This document shows positions 1 through 11,365 of a stretch of DNA of 64,000 bases, in pieces. The notes below the pieces were generated by a model. The model searched no databases and was not told where the DNA came from. It worked only from the letters and a program-made list of their open reading frames with translations. This stretch comes from an uncultured cyanobacterium (GTDB lineage Bacteria; Cyanobacteriota; Cyanobacteriia; Cyanobacteriales; Microcystaceae): assembly GCA_963807635.1 (NCBI GenBank), contig CAWEDJ010000073.1:32001-96000 (forward strand), read 5' to 3'. A program made the translations under genes and the position numbers. The first letter of the stretch is position 1, and the number at the start of each line of letters is the position of its first letter.

Positions 1-506
1 CTTGTTTTTTTAGGTAACTTAGCAAAACTTTTCTTGAAAATTTCAATGTCCATGCCGCCTTCTTTTTCAATCCCCAAGGCACTCTTAGCTTGACCTAAAT
101 AAATAGGCTGAGAAATACCAGGTTTAGGATGTAGCATGGTTCGCGCTCGGACGGTTAAATTTTTATCTCCTGCTCTTGCACCACGACCATAGGAAAAATA
201 ATCATTCGATGCCTGTAATAAAGTTGCTCGTAATTCCGTCTCGGTAATGGTCGGAGGCACGGAAATTACCACCTGATTTGCACCATTATCATAAACCCGA
301 ATAAAACGAACCGCCCCTGGAACATCCGTGCGACTGAACAAACCTAGACTTAGCCCAAATAATCCGATAGTCAGAACCGCCATAAAACCCGTAATTCCCA
401 CAAACCGAAAACGGAATCCCCACTTTAAAGCAAAAGCCAGAATAGTTAAAATCAGAGTGGCAATTGTTAGATAACCCGACCACTGTGTGTAAATTAAAAA
501 GTCCAT
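1..506 (-). CDS. ycf51: Ycf51-family (DUF2518) membrane protein; 3' end runs off the window
   Basis: Manual translation from ATG at 506: MDFLIYTQWSGYLTIATLILTILAFALKWEFRFRFVGITGF...YDNGANQVVI...RARTMLHPKPGISQPIYLG. Open to the window edge, so absent from the ORF track. Confidence 0.75.
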   Translation of the reverse strand, partial: MDFLIYTQWSGYLTIATLILTILAFALKWGFRFRFVGITGFMAVLTIGLFGLSLGLFSRTDVPGAVRFIRVYDNGANQVVISVPPTITETELRATLLQASNDYFSYGRGARAGDKNLTVRARTMLHPKPGISQPIYLGQAKSALGIEKEGGMDIEIFKKSFAKLPKKT

Positions 507-557
507 AAAGTCAAGTTAAAGATTTAAATTCAAATATTAGAAACGACAACATAAACG

Positions 558-1803
558 CTAAATACTCATTCCTAAATATTTAGCAACGGTTTGCACATCC
601 TTATCACCCCGTCCTGAGCAATTAATCACAATCCGAGGACTGCCCGTTAATTGGGGACAAAGTATGTCTAAATAGGCGATCGCGTGGGACGTTTCCAGGG
701 CGGGAATAATGCCTTCCAATTCCGATAACCGTTGCAGAGCTTCTATCGCTTCTACATCGGTAATACTGTAATATTCTGCCCGTCCCGCATCTTTCAGATA
801 ACTATGTTCGGGGCCAACGCCAGGATAATCTAACCCTGCACTGATGGAATGAGCCTCGACTACTTGACCTTCCTCGTCTTGCAATAAATAGCTCATGGCT
901 CCGTGCAAAACCCCTGGACGGCCTTTGGTGAGAGTTGCTGCGTGTTTACCAGAAATAATACTTTCTCCTGCGGCTTCTACCCCAATAATCCGCACAGAAG
1001 AATCTTTGAGGAACTCATAAAACAAACCCATTGCATTAGAGCCACCGCCCACACAGGCTAACAAAATATCGGGTAAACCGCCCCATTTTTCTAAACACTG
1101 TTCACGGGTTTCTAGACCAATGACATGATGAAAATCGCGCACCATCATGGGGTAAGGATGGGGGCCAGCGACCGACCCCAAAATGTAATGGGTGGTTTCT
1201 ACGTTTGTGACCCAATCTCGAATGGCTTCTGAGGTGGCATCCTTCAGCGTCCCTGTTCCTGCTACGACGGGTTGAACTTTTGCGCCTAAAAGATTCATGC
1301 GAAAAACATTCAATTTCTGACGTTCCATATCTTGAACGCCCATATAAATGATACATTCCAAGCCAAAACGAGCGCAGACGGTGGCAGTGGCCACACCATG
1401 CTGTCCTGCTCCTGTTTCTGCAATAATCCGCTTTTTACCCATGCGTTTGGCTAATAAGACCTGACCCAGGGCATTATTAATTTTGTGCGCTCCTGTATGG
1501 TTCAAATCTTCTCGTTTCAGGTAAATTTGGGGGCCACTGCCATCGGGTTTGGCGTAATGTTCCGTTAGTCTTTCGGCAAAATAAAGCGGGCTGGGTCTGC
1601 CGACGTAATCTTTTAATAATCCCTGGAGTTCTTTGAGAAAAGCGGGATCATCTTTGTATTGACTGTAGGCCGTTTTCTAGCTCACTCAGGGCGGGCATGA
1701 GGGTTTCAGGGACATATTTGCCACCATAGCGGCCAAAACGACCAAAGGCATCGGGATACTGAGTATTAACGGAAGGGACGGTCGCGAGGGGTGTAGTGGT
1801 CAC
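558..1803 (-). CDS. trpB: Tryptophan synthase beta chain (apparent frameshift ~1672)
   Basis: [12 protein letters not shown]-lysine motif, [16 protein letters not shown]. The N-terminus ([19 protein letters not shown]) lies in another frame from GTG at 1803. Confidence 0.95.
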
Positions 1804-2026
1804 GATGGCTATTAGGAAAGATTGAAGAGTTAGGTGGTTAGCTTTTTATTATCGTCAATTCTGAGAGGGAATGGAACGACTCAAAAATGCTTTTGTCTTA
1901 TTGGCATTATAAAACACGGACATACCATCTCAGAAGCGATTTGAGAAGATAATTTTACCTGTATTTTGATGAACAATGGAATAAACGATAAAATATAATC
2001 CAATCCCTGCTCCTTATGCTACCCCT

Positions 2027-2692
2027 ATGTTGATTCTCCGCCCCGAAGAACGCACGAAGCTCGATCGCACCAATGATACGGATTTCTATGCTTTTCCCCG
2101 TTTTGTTACCCATGTAGATGCTAATTTTATTGACCAACTGACCAATCTTTATCGCGATCGCCTCAAACCCCAGACCCGAATTTTAGACCTGATGAGTAGT
2201 TGGGTGTCCCATTTGCCCGAAGAGATGGAATTTGCTCACGTAGAAGGTCACGGAATGAATGCCGAAGAATTAGCTAAAAATTCTCGACTAAATCATTATT
2301 TTCTGCAAAATCTCAATCAATCGCCCCAGATTCCCCTAAAAGATGAAGATTTTGATGCGGTTTTAATAGCGGTTTCTGTGCAGTATTTGGAATATCCCGA
2401 AGCGATTTTTAGTGAAATTCATCGTATTTTAAAACCCGATGGCATCGTGATTATTAGTTTTTCTAATCGGATGTTTTACCAAAAGGCGATCGCAACCTGG
2501 CGAGAAGGAACGGATCTGAGTCATCTTCAATTGGTAAAATCCTATTTCCAAGGTGTTCCTGGCTTTAGTTCACCCGAAATTATTAGTAAATCTAATCCTT
2601 TGCCTGGCTTTTTACAACTCTTAGGAATCGCTAGTCCCGATCCCTTCTATGCGGTTATTGCGTCAAAAGTTTCAATAAATAAGGAAAAATAA
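2027..2692 (+). CDS. Class I SAM-dependent methyltransferase
   Basis: PRFVTHVD, ILDLMSSWVSHLP and SFSNR motifs of a conserved methyltransferase-11-like family. Confidence 0.8.
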   Translation: MLILRPEERTKLDRTNDTDFYAFPRFVTHVDANFIDQLTNLYRDRLKPQTRILDLMSSWVSHLPEEMEFAHVEGHGMNAEELAKNSRLNHYFLQNLNQSPQIPLKDEDFDAVLIAVSVQYLEYPEAIFSEIHRILKPDGIVIISFSNRMFYQKAIATWREGTDLSHLQLVKSYFQGVPGFSSPEIISKSNPLPGFLQLLGIASPDPFYAVIASKVSINKEK

Positions 2693-2783
2693 TCTAGCAA
2701 AATTTAGCGAATACAGCCTTTTGTGTCTAAATTTTATTTAAGATTCAAGACATAATATTGTGGATAAATTTTGTAAAAAATCA

Positions 2784-2808
2784 AGGACATAATATATTAT
2801 GTCCCTAC
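2784..2808 (-). repeat. GTAG-family REP (family A, single copy)
   Basis: AGGACATAATATATTATGTCCCTAC; palindrome GGACATAA/TTATGTCC with terminal GTAG, matching the REPs that flank the RAYT gene. Confidence 0.85.
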
Positions 2809-2877
2809 AAGTATTTTTGTTTGTCATCCCAACTTAAATAAGCTGCTGTCAATAGATTGGGAGAATTGAATTTAGGA

Positions 2878-4653
2878 TTATTTATTCAAGCTAAATTGAG
2901 CAGAATTTTCTGTTAATCGTTTGCTTTCCGAACTGCTGATGGATTTTAATTTTTGAGTCATTTCTCCACTTATTAAGACAATCAAAATCCATTGTCCCAA
3001 TAAAGCCATTACGGAACCAATTCCAAAGATTAATTGTCCCCCAACCATCGGCATAAAGGTCAAAAACCAAATACTAGAAATGGAGGTAAATCTGGCTCCA
3101 ACAATCACGACAGCAATTAAAGGAAAAATTGTTAGCATCGCGAGGACTGAAACGGCTCCTATTAGTCTGTTTGAAGTTTTGAGTAATAACAATCGCTGAA
3201 AAATCAGGGCATAAAATAGATTAATACTTAATCCTAATAGTAACCCCATCATCACGGCTAATCGATAATTTTCTAAGGGAAAAATCAGAGTAGCAGGTAG
3301 AGTATATAAAAAGACAATTCCCCCATTGACAGCGATCGCCACACTCGAAGGGCTTTGTTCACCCCAAATCAAATCTTTAATAAGAGAACGCGGGGTTTGA
3401 CTAAGTTGATGGCGATGACGCGCCCAATCCTGAAGGGTTTGTCGTTGGGGACTCAAGGCTCCTGTCAACACCATAAAGCAAGCAAAGATTAAAAATTGCA
3501 GAATGACAAAATTGTAGTACAAAGGTGTGGAAGATGTTGATTGGGGGACAAAACCCAAGGTAATAACAATAAAACTGAGGGTTAAACCGTAACTCTGTTT
3601 TTTACTCAGCCACACACTATGGGGACGGCGAAAACGGCGATTAATTGCTTGGGTAATGCCATACGTCCAGATTCCGTAATTGATCAACATAAAGGCGATC
3701 GCACTCCAGGCATAGTTAAAAATCGGCTGGCCATACCAGAGTAATTGAGTTAAATTAGCATCTCCTAAATAGGTGACGGTTTTAAAGGGTAAAAAGGTAG
3801 ATTGGGCCAAATAAACTAATGCTTTACCTGGGTAAAACAAGCCCGCCCAATCCAGAGGACTATGGGAACCGCCGTGATCGCCCCAGAGAGTCATTCCCAT
3901 CATAATCATTAGATAAAATAACAATCCACCACTGACGGCAAAAGAATGGAAAGAGACAGATTTAGAATTAATTAATCCTATTAATAAAGCTAGGTGAAAA
4001 AAGAAGGCACAACTAGCAATCAGTACACCATAGAAAGCCAGAATTAAAAGGATAGGAATATTCGCCAGGATTCCCGCAACAAAATGAAGTGGAATAGTTA
4101 AAAAAGTTAACCAATAGAGTAAAGCAGGAACACCTAAAAGTTTACCCAAAAAAATGGTTTTGACGGATTGGGGACTCAGGCGAATAAAGTTCAAAGTTCC
4201 CCGTCTTTGCTCTTTAGCGAGATCCGCAATCAACAGATAGGTTCCTACCACCAATAAAATCGTAATACCAATAACGCTGACGGTTGTAAATAAATCTAGC
4301 CACCAGAGTTGCCAATTAATGACCGCCTGACCCAAAAGATCTTTTGTGCAGAAATGCTCAGTAATATAGTTATTTGAAGGATCATAGTTATTCCAATCTG
4401 GCGGTGGACTGCCTAAGCAATAACGGTCATAGGAACGTCTTGAATCTAAGGGTAGAGAACTGACAAACAGAAAACAAAGGGCAATTTGTCCTAAAATTCC
4501 TATTGCCGATACCAGTAAAACATTACGAAGATTGAAGCGACTCTTTAATTCTCGAAAGAGTTGGGGGTTAAAGTCTCCTGCCCTTTCAATGAATTGGTCA
4601 ATAAATTTGTTTAAGATAGAAACCATTAAGGTAATACTCTCCTGAATTGACAT
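2878..4653 (-). CDS. ABC-2-type transporter permease-like membrane protein
   Basis: Multiple TM segments, NPQLFRELK and EQRRGTLNFIRLSPQS motifs; directly downstream of an ABC ATPase. Confidence 0.75.
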   Translation of the reverse strand: MSIQESITLMVSILNKFIDQFIERAGDFNPQLFRELKSRFNLRNVLLVSAIGILGQIALCFLFVSSLPLDSRRSYDRYCLGSPPPDWNNYDPSNNYITEHFCTKDLLGQAVINWQLWWLDLFTTVSVIGITILLVVGTYLLIADLAKEQRRGTLNFIRLSPQSVKTIFLGKLLGVPALLYWLTFLTIPLHFVAGILANIPILLILAFYGVLIASCAFFFHLALLIGLINSKSVSFHSFAVSGGLLFYLMIMMGMTLWGDHGGSHSPLDWAGLFYPGKALVYLAQSTFLPFKTVTYLGDANLTQLLWYGQPIFNYAWSAIAFMLINYGIWTYGITQAINRRFRRPHSVWLSKKQSYGLTLSFIVITLGFVPQSTSSTPLYYNFVILQFLIFACFMVLTGALSPQRQTLQDWARHRHQLSQTPRSLIKDLIWGEQSPSSVAIAVNGGIVFLYTLPATLIFPLENYRLAVMMGLLLGLSINLFYALIFQRLLLLKTSNRLIGAVSVLAMLTIFPLIAVVIVGARFTSISSIWFLTFMPMVGGQLIFGIGSVMALLGQWILIVLISGEMTQKLKSISSSESKRLTENSAQFSLNK

Positions 4654-4673
4654 AAATTTAAAATAAACTTTTT

Positions 4674-5623
4674 TTAGGACGCTTGTTGATGTCCTAGCTT
4701 TAAGAAAATCGTTTCTAAGTCCTCTTGACTGGTATGAAATTCTGTAATCGGTAATCCTGCTAAAATCAGCGATCGCAGTAAATTAGCACTGTCCTCTAGG
4801 TTTCCTGTAAAATCAACTTTAACTTGCTGAGAGTCGGGAATTATTTCACAGTTTTCTACCCAGGAATATTGTTTTAATTCTTGAATTAATGCCTGGGGAT
4901 TATTTAAAATACCAATATGAATTTGTTGATGGGACAATCGTTCGTACAACGTTTTGAGAGAGGCACTTTCAACCAAAGATCCTAATTCCATAATACCAAT
5001 TGAAGTACAAAGTTCTGCTAAATCACTAAGAACATGGGACGAAATTAAAATTGTCATCCCCGCACTTTGTAACACCTTAATAATTTCTCTAAACTGCATC
5101 CGAGCAATGGGATCTAAACCCGATACGGGTTCATCAAGTAATAATAAAATTGGTTCATGAATAATGGTTCTGGCTAAACTTAACCGTTGTTTCATTCCCC
5201 TCGATAACGTGGCAATAATACTATGTCTTTTACTGGTTAATTGGACTAATTCTAAAACTTCCTCTAAACGGCGGCGACGATGGGGCGTTTGTAAAAAATA
5301 TAAGCGAGCAAAATAATCCAAATAATCCCAGACGGTTAATTCTTCATAGAGGGGAAAATCGTCGGGCAAATAGCCAATATACTGCTTAAGCCGTAGATTG
5401 CTGTCTTCTTTAATAATACGATCGCCGTATAGATAAATTTCTCCCACTGTAGCCTCTTCGGCCATTGCCAAAAGACGGATCAAAGTGGTTTTGCCCGCAC
5501 CATTGGGCCAATTAATCCGTAAACTTCGCCTTCAGCCACTTCTAGGTCGATATTTTTAACGGCAATATGGCGTTCAAACTGCTTGGTTAATCCATCGGTT
5601 GCGATCGCGTTGGTGTCTCCCAT
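4674..5623 (-). CDS. ABC transporter ATP-binding protein (apparent frameshift ~5507)
   Basis: LSRGMKQR signature, LLLLDEP Walker B, SSH switch. Walker A GPNGAGKT is restored by adding one base; ATG at 5623. Confidence 0.9.
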
Positions 5624-5830
5624 CAGGTCACTCCCTCATTGTGACTATCGTTAGCTTAACCCGTCTTTTTGAATTTTGTGAAATCGGCGATCGGTTCCGC
5701 AATATTTTGAAATGAAGTTAAATAATCCTGATGCCGTCTCAAAAGACTAGGGATAGATCAATTATAATCATTAACAGAATTGCCATTGTTAGTTTGTAAA
5801 TCTTCTGTATTTTATTAATTGATTTGATTT

Positions 5831-6205
5831 ATGTTATTTTTAACTTCCCAGGAAATCGCCCAATATCGTTCCCAACTAGCTCTGTTTCCCGATGCCCTAT
5901 TAGCTCTAGATTGTATTGAAGATTGTGAAGGAAATATTGAAGATGCGGCCCTAACGTTAGCGATCCAAGTTGGTCAACAGCCTGATCGCACCGATTGGTT
6001 AGATGGATTAGCAAAACGTTGTCGTGTGGAGATTTGTCGCTCAGAGTTTCGCGATAAATTATTAGCAGGAAATATTACTACCGCAGTTGAATGTTTAATC
6101 GAAACAAAAATCTGTCCTAAAGTATTAGTAACACCAGTTATTTTATATGTCTTAAAATCAGGTATCGAAAGCTTTTGTGAACCCTTAACTTTTAAATTAG
6201 TTTAG
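5831..6205 (+). CDS. Conserved cyanobacterial hypothetical protein
   Basis: 124-aa ORF with IEDCEGNIEDAA motif, co-oriented with pilD. Confidence 0.65.
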   Translation: MLFLTSQEIAQYRSQLALFPDALLALDCIEDCEGNIEDAALTLAIQVGQQPDRTDWLDGLAKRCRVEICRSEFRDKLLAGNITTAVECLIETKICPKVLVTPVILYVLKSGIESFCEPLTFKLV

Positions 6206-6217
6206 GAATAAAAAACT

Positions 6218-7030
6218 TTGATGGATAATATTCTTTTTCTTTTTACATACATTTTTGTTTTTATCTTTGGAGCCTCCATTGGTAGTTTTTTAAATGTTGT
6301 TATTTATCGAATTCCTGCGAATATTTCTCTAATTTATCCCCCTTCCCGTTGTCCCAGTTGTTATCATACCTTGGGGAAAACTGAAAATGTCCCCGTCTTT
6401 GGATGGCTCTGGTTAAAGGGAAAATGTCGTTGGTGTCAGACTTCTATTTCTGCTCGTTATCCCACCATAGAAGCGATTACAGGTTTAATCTTTTGTCTGG
6501 TATTCTGGCAGTTTGGTTTCACCTTAAACACCCTGGGAAATTGGATTTTAATTAGTTGGTTGTTGGCGTTGTCACTAATTGACTGGGATACGATGACGTT
6601 GCCAGGGAGTTTAACGAAATCAGGTTTAGTGGTAGGCGTTGTTTTCCAAGGAATTCAGGGTTGGCAAACAGGGACTTTTCCCCAATCTTTTGTTTTGGCG
6701 ATCGCGAGTGCGGTTTTAGGATTATGGTTATTTGATCTAATTCGATTAATTGGAACGCTTTTTTTAGGACAAGTGGCAATGGGAGACGGTGATCCCAAAT
6801 TAGCCGCAATGATCGGAGCTTGGTTAGGCTGGAAATACCTTTTATTAACGGCATTATTAGCCTGTGGATTAGGGGCTATGGTGGGAGGAGGCGCGATCGC
6901 GTTAGGACTCTTAAAAAAAAGACAGGGGTTTCCCTTTGGCCCTTTTTTAGCAGGAGGAGCATTATTAAGTATTTTTTTCGGACAGGCAATAATTACAGCG
7001 TATATTCAATTCTTTTTACCGATTTTTTAA
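6218..7030 (+). CDS. pilD: Prepilin peptidase / N-methyltransferase
   Basis: GSFLNVVIYRIP, two CxxC pairs, GDGDPKL, PFGPFL. Confidence 0.95.
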   Translation: MMDNILFLFTYIFVFIFGASIGSFLNVVIYRIPANISLIYPPSRCPSCYHTLGKTENVPVFGWLWLKGKCRWCQTSISARYPTIEAITGLIFCLVFWQFGFTLNTLGNWILISWLLALSLIDWDTMTLPGSLTKSGLVVGVVFQGIQGWQTGTFPQSFVLAIASAVLGLWLFDLIRLIGTLFLGQVAMGDGDPKLAAMIGAWLGWKYLLLTALLACGLGAMVGGGAIALGLLKKRQGFPFGPFLAGGALLSIFFGQAIITAYIQFFLPIF

Positions 7031-7102
7031 GTGATTTTCATTGCCTAAGTCTGAAATGGGCAAAATAAGGGCGATTACCACTTCAATTTTTTCGGATTAG
7101 AC

Positions 7103-7240
7103 GCGATCGCAATCCATTTTTTGATTGCATATTTAGGGAGAGGTGATCGCATTTAGTGCCAGTGTTGAAGTCTTCTAGTAATTTTTATTGCTTAAGGATT
7201 GAGACAAAAAAGGGCGATCGCTTTTTTAAATCTAGGAGAG
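7103..7240. repeat. HIP1-junction repeat cluster upstream of the Shedu gene
   Basis: GCGATCGC at 7103 and 7214, GTGATCGC at 7143, with T-rich..TAGG(G)AGAG spacers resembling the 33401-34726 unit. Confidence 0.5.
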
Positions 7241-7448
7241 GGTTATTTCTTTCTTCTAAAATCATCTATATCTCATATCTTAATACAATCAGGTGAATGA
7301 CATTACTAACTTGTTCAAGTAGTTTTTGGGCATTTTTTCTATCGGGAATTATTCAGAATATTTCTGCTTTTTGTTCTTTAGGAGGTGACTAGGCGGAAAA
7401 TGTCGGTACAATAAATAGTTATACCTCTCTTACTACTAAATATTAATT

Positions 7449-8678
7449 ATGCTTGAACCTCAAGAAAACAATATAGAAACCTTGGCAAAGACTTTTTTAC
7501 AAAAATTAGTGGCTATCTACCATGATCCTCTTTATAAATATCTTAAAAAGAATACGCAATTAATACAAACATTTCCAGGATTTTTGTTAAATCCTGAATC
7601 AGTAATTGTTTATATAGGTAGAACCCATATAGCCATAGAATATGTTGGCCCAGAAACAGTAGAAATTTTAAAAACTGCTGGGCAAATAAATATGCAATAT
7701 TACGATTATACTAGTGAAGATTGTAATTTATTAGAAAAAATAATTGGCTTTGAATACGATAGTACTTATGGACTCGATATACCTTTGTCAGTTGATATTT
7801 ATGAGAACTTCCTCTTACCAACCAACAAAGGATGGGTTAAACTATCAGAACTTAAATGGAATCTTGATGCGCAGGATAGTATTATGTTAATGAATGCTCC
7901 CTGTCCGAAGGTGATGTCTGGAGATTTTGTTCGTATAATTAATGGGATGTTTTTCGACAGTAACTCAAGTGGACTAGTGACGAGACGAATAAAATGGTTG
8001 GACTTTTTTCCAATAAATTTCACTGACAAAGGAGAAACATTTTCTATTGAATTTAAGTTAGAATACATGAAAAAATTTATAAAAAATGATGCTCATTACG
8101 AATTTCCAATGCCTAAAGAATTTAGAAACATAAAACTTCCAAAAATTAATAGGTTTATTGAGATTTGGGGGAATAATAATAGTTCTGAGCCTGACATTAC
8201 TTCTTTTCTTGCAAATAAAAATAATGAGTTTATTTTGACCATGAAATTTGGTGCCATTGCGTGCCACGATGAGTTAACCTGTGAATGGCAAAGCGAAAAA
8301 AGAGATAATATACGACCCGATTTCTTTGTCGTTCAACCAAATGGATATGCTGATATAGTTGAGTTTAAATTACCAGAGATTAAAGGGAATGCTATCGTAG
8401 GGAAACAAAATAGAGAATCATTTTCTTCTACTATCAACTCATACATTTCTCAAACAAGATGTTACTCGACATATTTTGAAGACCCAAATAACAGGAAATG
8501 GTTTGAAAACAAATACGGTTTTAAGGTTTATTCCCCAAAAAGATGGTTGGTAATCGGAAGAAGAAGTGACTTTTCATCAGATGTATGGCGAGAAATAATT
8601 AGTGGTTATAAAGACATTGAAATCTTAACTTTCGACGACCTTATTGATGGTGTTTGTATTCAGTTTTACAAAAGTTGA
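7449..8678 (+). CDS. sduA: Shedu (SduA/DUF4263) anti-phage nuclease with an unrecognised N-terminal domain
   Basis: C-terminal half has E..FL, RPDFF..IVEFKLP (PD-(D/E)xK), SQxxxY, LVIGR and ILTFDDL motifs typical of DUF4263. AT-rich, with no HIP1 seen inside. Confidence 0.8.
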   Translation: MLEPQENNIETLAKTFLQKLVAIYHDPLYKYLKKNTQLIQTFPGFLLNPESVIVYIGRTHIAIEYVGPETVEILKTAGQINMQYYDYTSEDCNLLEKIIGFEYDSTYGLDIPLSVDIYENFLLPTNKGWVKLSELKWNLDAQDSIMLMNAPCPKVMSGDFVRIINGMFFDSNSSGLVTRRIKWLDFFPINFTDKGETFSIEFKLEYMKKFIKNDAHYEFPMPKEFRNIKLPKINRFIEIWGNNNSSEPDITSFLANKNNEFILTMKFGAIACHDELTCEWQSEKRDNIRPDFFVVQPNGYADIVEFKLPEIKGNAIVGKQNRESFSSTINSYISQTRCYSTYFEDPNNRKWFENKYGFKVYSPKRWLVIGRRSDFSSDVWREIISGYKDIEILTFDDLIDGVCIQFYKS

Positions 8679-8868
8679 ACGTACAGGGATATTGATATAA
8701 AAAATAAATACTACGGATGCGTAAATAGTAAATACGCCGCAGATTTTGAGGAATTAGATCTACGCCAATGTCGTCGAGATAATCGAAAGCTTCAAGCATA
8801 ATCGTTGATCTGTAGACTGAATTGACAATAGTAAACCTAATATCCCACGAAAAATCAAATTTATTAAA

Positions 8869-8940
8869 GCGATCGCCCTTTGGGAATGAGACTTTTTAAA
8901 ACGCGATCGCATTTTCCAGATTATTTATAACCGCGATCGC
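8869..8940. repeat. Triple HIP1 cluster downstream of the Shedu gene
   Basis: GCGATCGC at 8869, 8903 and 8933 (34 and 30 bp spacing). Confidence 0.6.
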
Positions 8941-9117
8941 AGTTTTTGCTTGAAATTATAAAAAATAGAACTTTCTTATTGGTCTTTTTACCAAAATCTA
9001 TCACTGAATAATATTTCTACCTCGTTAGGAAACGGACAATAATCAGGAAAAATAACACTGAGATAAATAGCTTTAACGTTTTCGGTTAAAGTCCGCTTCC
9101 ATTCACTTAGGTTAGAT

Positions 9118-10048
9118 TTACAATTTCACTAAACCATGAATCAGGGGCAAACTATCAATAATCATCGCAAGACACAATAACATCATATAAAAGATAGAAA
9201 ACTTGAACAGCGATCTCGCTTTTTCCTTATCCATCGGTTCTTGTTTTAATTGCCAAGCCTTATAAATAAATTGATAACCCAAAATAGCGGCGGCTAGGGC
9301 GTAAAAAATGCCTGATTGATGCAAAGGATAAACTAACAGAAAACTGAAGGGAACAACGATCAGAGTATAAATCCAAATTTGCTTAACCGTTGCTTCTTCC
9401 CCTTCAATCACGGGTAACATGGGGACATTGACCTGGGCATAATCATCCTTGATCATCAACGCCAAGGCCCAGAAATGGGGAGGAGTCCAGAGAAAAATAA
9501 GCGTAAATAAGATCCAGGGAGTCCAACTCAGATCACCCGTTACCGCCGCCCAACCGACGAGGGGAGGAATCGCACCCGCCGCGCCACCAATGACAATATT
9601 TTGGGTACTATGACGTTTGAGAAAATGGGTATAAATCAGCATATAGAAGCCAATACCCGATAGAGCCAGTAACGCACTAAAAACATTGATAAAAACGGCT
9701 AATAGGCTAAAGGAAAGCATTCCCAAGACTAATCCGAAAATCAGCGCGTGACTGGGTTGAACCCGACCAGATGGCAGGGGACGTTCTCTCGTCCGTAACA
9801 TTTCATAATCAATGTCCTGGTCATACACACAGTTAAAGGTTTGGGCAAAGGCCTGCGGCGAGGGTTCCTCCCATTAGGGTAATAACCAGTTGCAAAGGAT
9901 CAATCCGTCCTTGGGATGCGATCCACATTGAAGCCGCCGTTGTAATCAATAGGAGGGGAATAATACGAGGTTTGGTCAATTGATAATAGCTTTTTACCAC
10001 TTCTAGAAAATTTTCGTGGTGACGGTCAACTTTCGTAATAATAACCAT
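9118..10048 (-). CDS. ctaB: Heme o synthase / protoheme IX farnesyltransferase (apparent frameshift ~9850)
   Basis: [36 protein letters not shown]; split over two ORFs. Confidence 0.93.
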
Positions 10049-10077
10049 TGTCAATTTTAAAAATTATGGATTTTGGA

Positions 10078-11037
10078 TTATAACTGATTACTTGTTAGCA
10101 AAGACTGTTCATGGGGAACCGTCAAGCGATCGCGGACAGCCAGGGTGGAAAAAGCAATGAGGGTTCCAAACAGGGATGCTCCGACTAAATGATGGGCAAC
10201 GGTCAGAGGTTCGACCTGTAAATGTAAGCGGAGAGTCGCCACCCCTAGTAGGATTTGCACCAGCAGTAATCCACCCGTCGTTAACGCGATTTTTCGGAAA
10301 ATGAGATTTAAATTCGGACTGCGTAAAGCGATAAAAACTAGGGTTACAGTTGCCAGGGTTGCAGGAACAACTCCGATCAAATGATTATTCATCACGTTAC
10401 ACAGTTCAGATAAGGTCACATTGAGACACTGATGAACGGCCCAACGGGAGCCGACTAATCCCCCTAATAAACATTGAGCATAGACTAAACTTGTTGCGAC
10501 GATGCCTATTCCTGTTAATTGTCCACTGATAGGGGTTGATGGATGAGGGGTTGCACTCGGCATTAAACAAAGGGCGATCGCGATCAAACTTGCGAAAAAA
10601 ATCAACGCTGTCCCCAGATGGGCGGTGACAATATCAAAACGCAGTAATTGAGTGACGGTTAATCCCCCTAAAACCCCTTGGAATAAAATTAAGGTTAGTG
10701 AACCAAAAGCCGCCCAGGGTAGCCAGTTCGGGAGCGATCGCCGAAACCAAAGACTTAAACCGACTAAAGCTAGGGTACTCAAACCAATCAACGCCGCGTC
10801 CAGTCGATGAAACCATTCCAAAAAGACCTGAAGATTCATTTGCTGACTGGGGATCAGTTGTCCATAGCACAGGGGCCAATCGGGACAGGCTAAACCCGCA
10901 TTCATCACCCTCGTCGCGCTACCAACCGCCATTAACAGCAAAGTCGCGATCGCAATTTTCCAGACCAGACGGCGCATCCAGGTCTGAATCGAAGAGGACG
11001 AGTCATTTTCTTGACGGGGAAGAATAGATTCTGTCAT
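10078..11037 (-). CDS. ctaA: Heme A synthase (COX15/CtaA)
   Basis: GLACPDWPLC, EWFHR, QGVLGGLTV, conserved His residues; upstream of ctaB. Confidence 0.93.
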   Translation of the reverse strand: MTESILPRQENDSSSSIQTWMRRLVWKIAIATLLLMAVGSATRVMNAGLACPDWPLCYGQLIPSQQMNLQVFLEWFHRLDAALIGLSTLALVGLSLWFRRSLPNWLPWAAFGSLTLILFQGVLGGLTVTQLLRFDIVTAHLGTALIFFASLIAIALCLMPSATPHPSTPISGQLTGIGIVATSLVYAQCLLGGLVGSRWAVHQCLNVTLSELCNVMNNHLIGVVPATLATVTLVFIALRSPNLNLIFRKIALTTGGLLLVQILLGVATLRLHLQVEPLTVAHHLVGASLFGTLIAFSTLAVRDRLTVPHEQSLLTSNQL

Positions 11038-11365
11038 GGGCGTTTTGCGGTAGCGAGAAATTATAGTGTAGGAGCATTAATGTTTTTACACTGTCCGATT
11101 TTAACGGAGTCTATTCAAATTAGGTACAAATACTAGTCATCATTCTAAAAATCTTTAGATTTTCCCTGGGATCACGGGCCAAATTGCGATCAATTATGCA
11201 GTTTCTATTTGGGTCGGAACCCATTGCGTAGACTTTTAAAACTCAGTGCTTCAGAATTGTGTCTTCCCACTGGGGATAGATGATGCGATCGCTCCTCATC
11301 GTTTATTATTGTAACAAAACGGTAATTTTAAATCATTCTTCGACTCAAGAAACCAATTAAAAATT

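Noticed and set aside
7230..7440. Possible gene remnant upstream of the Shedu gene
   Set aside because: Only short interrupted frames, with no identifiable family.
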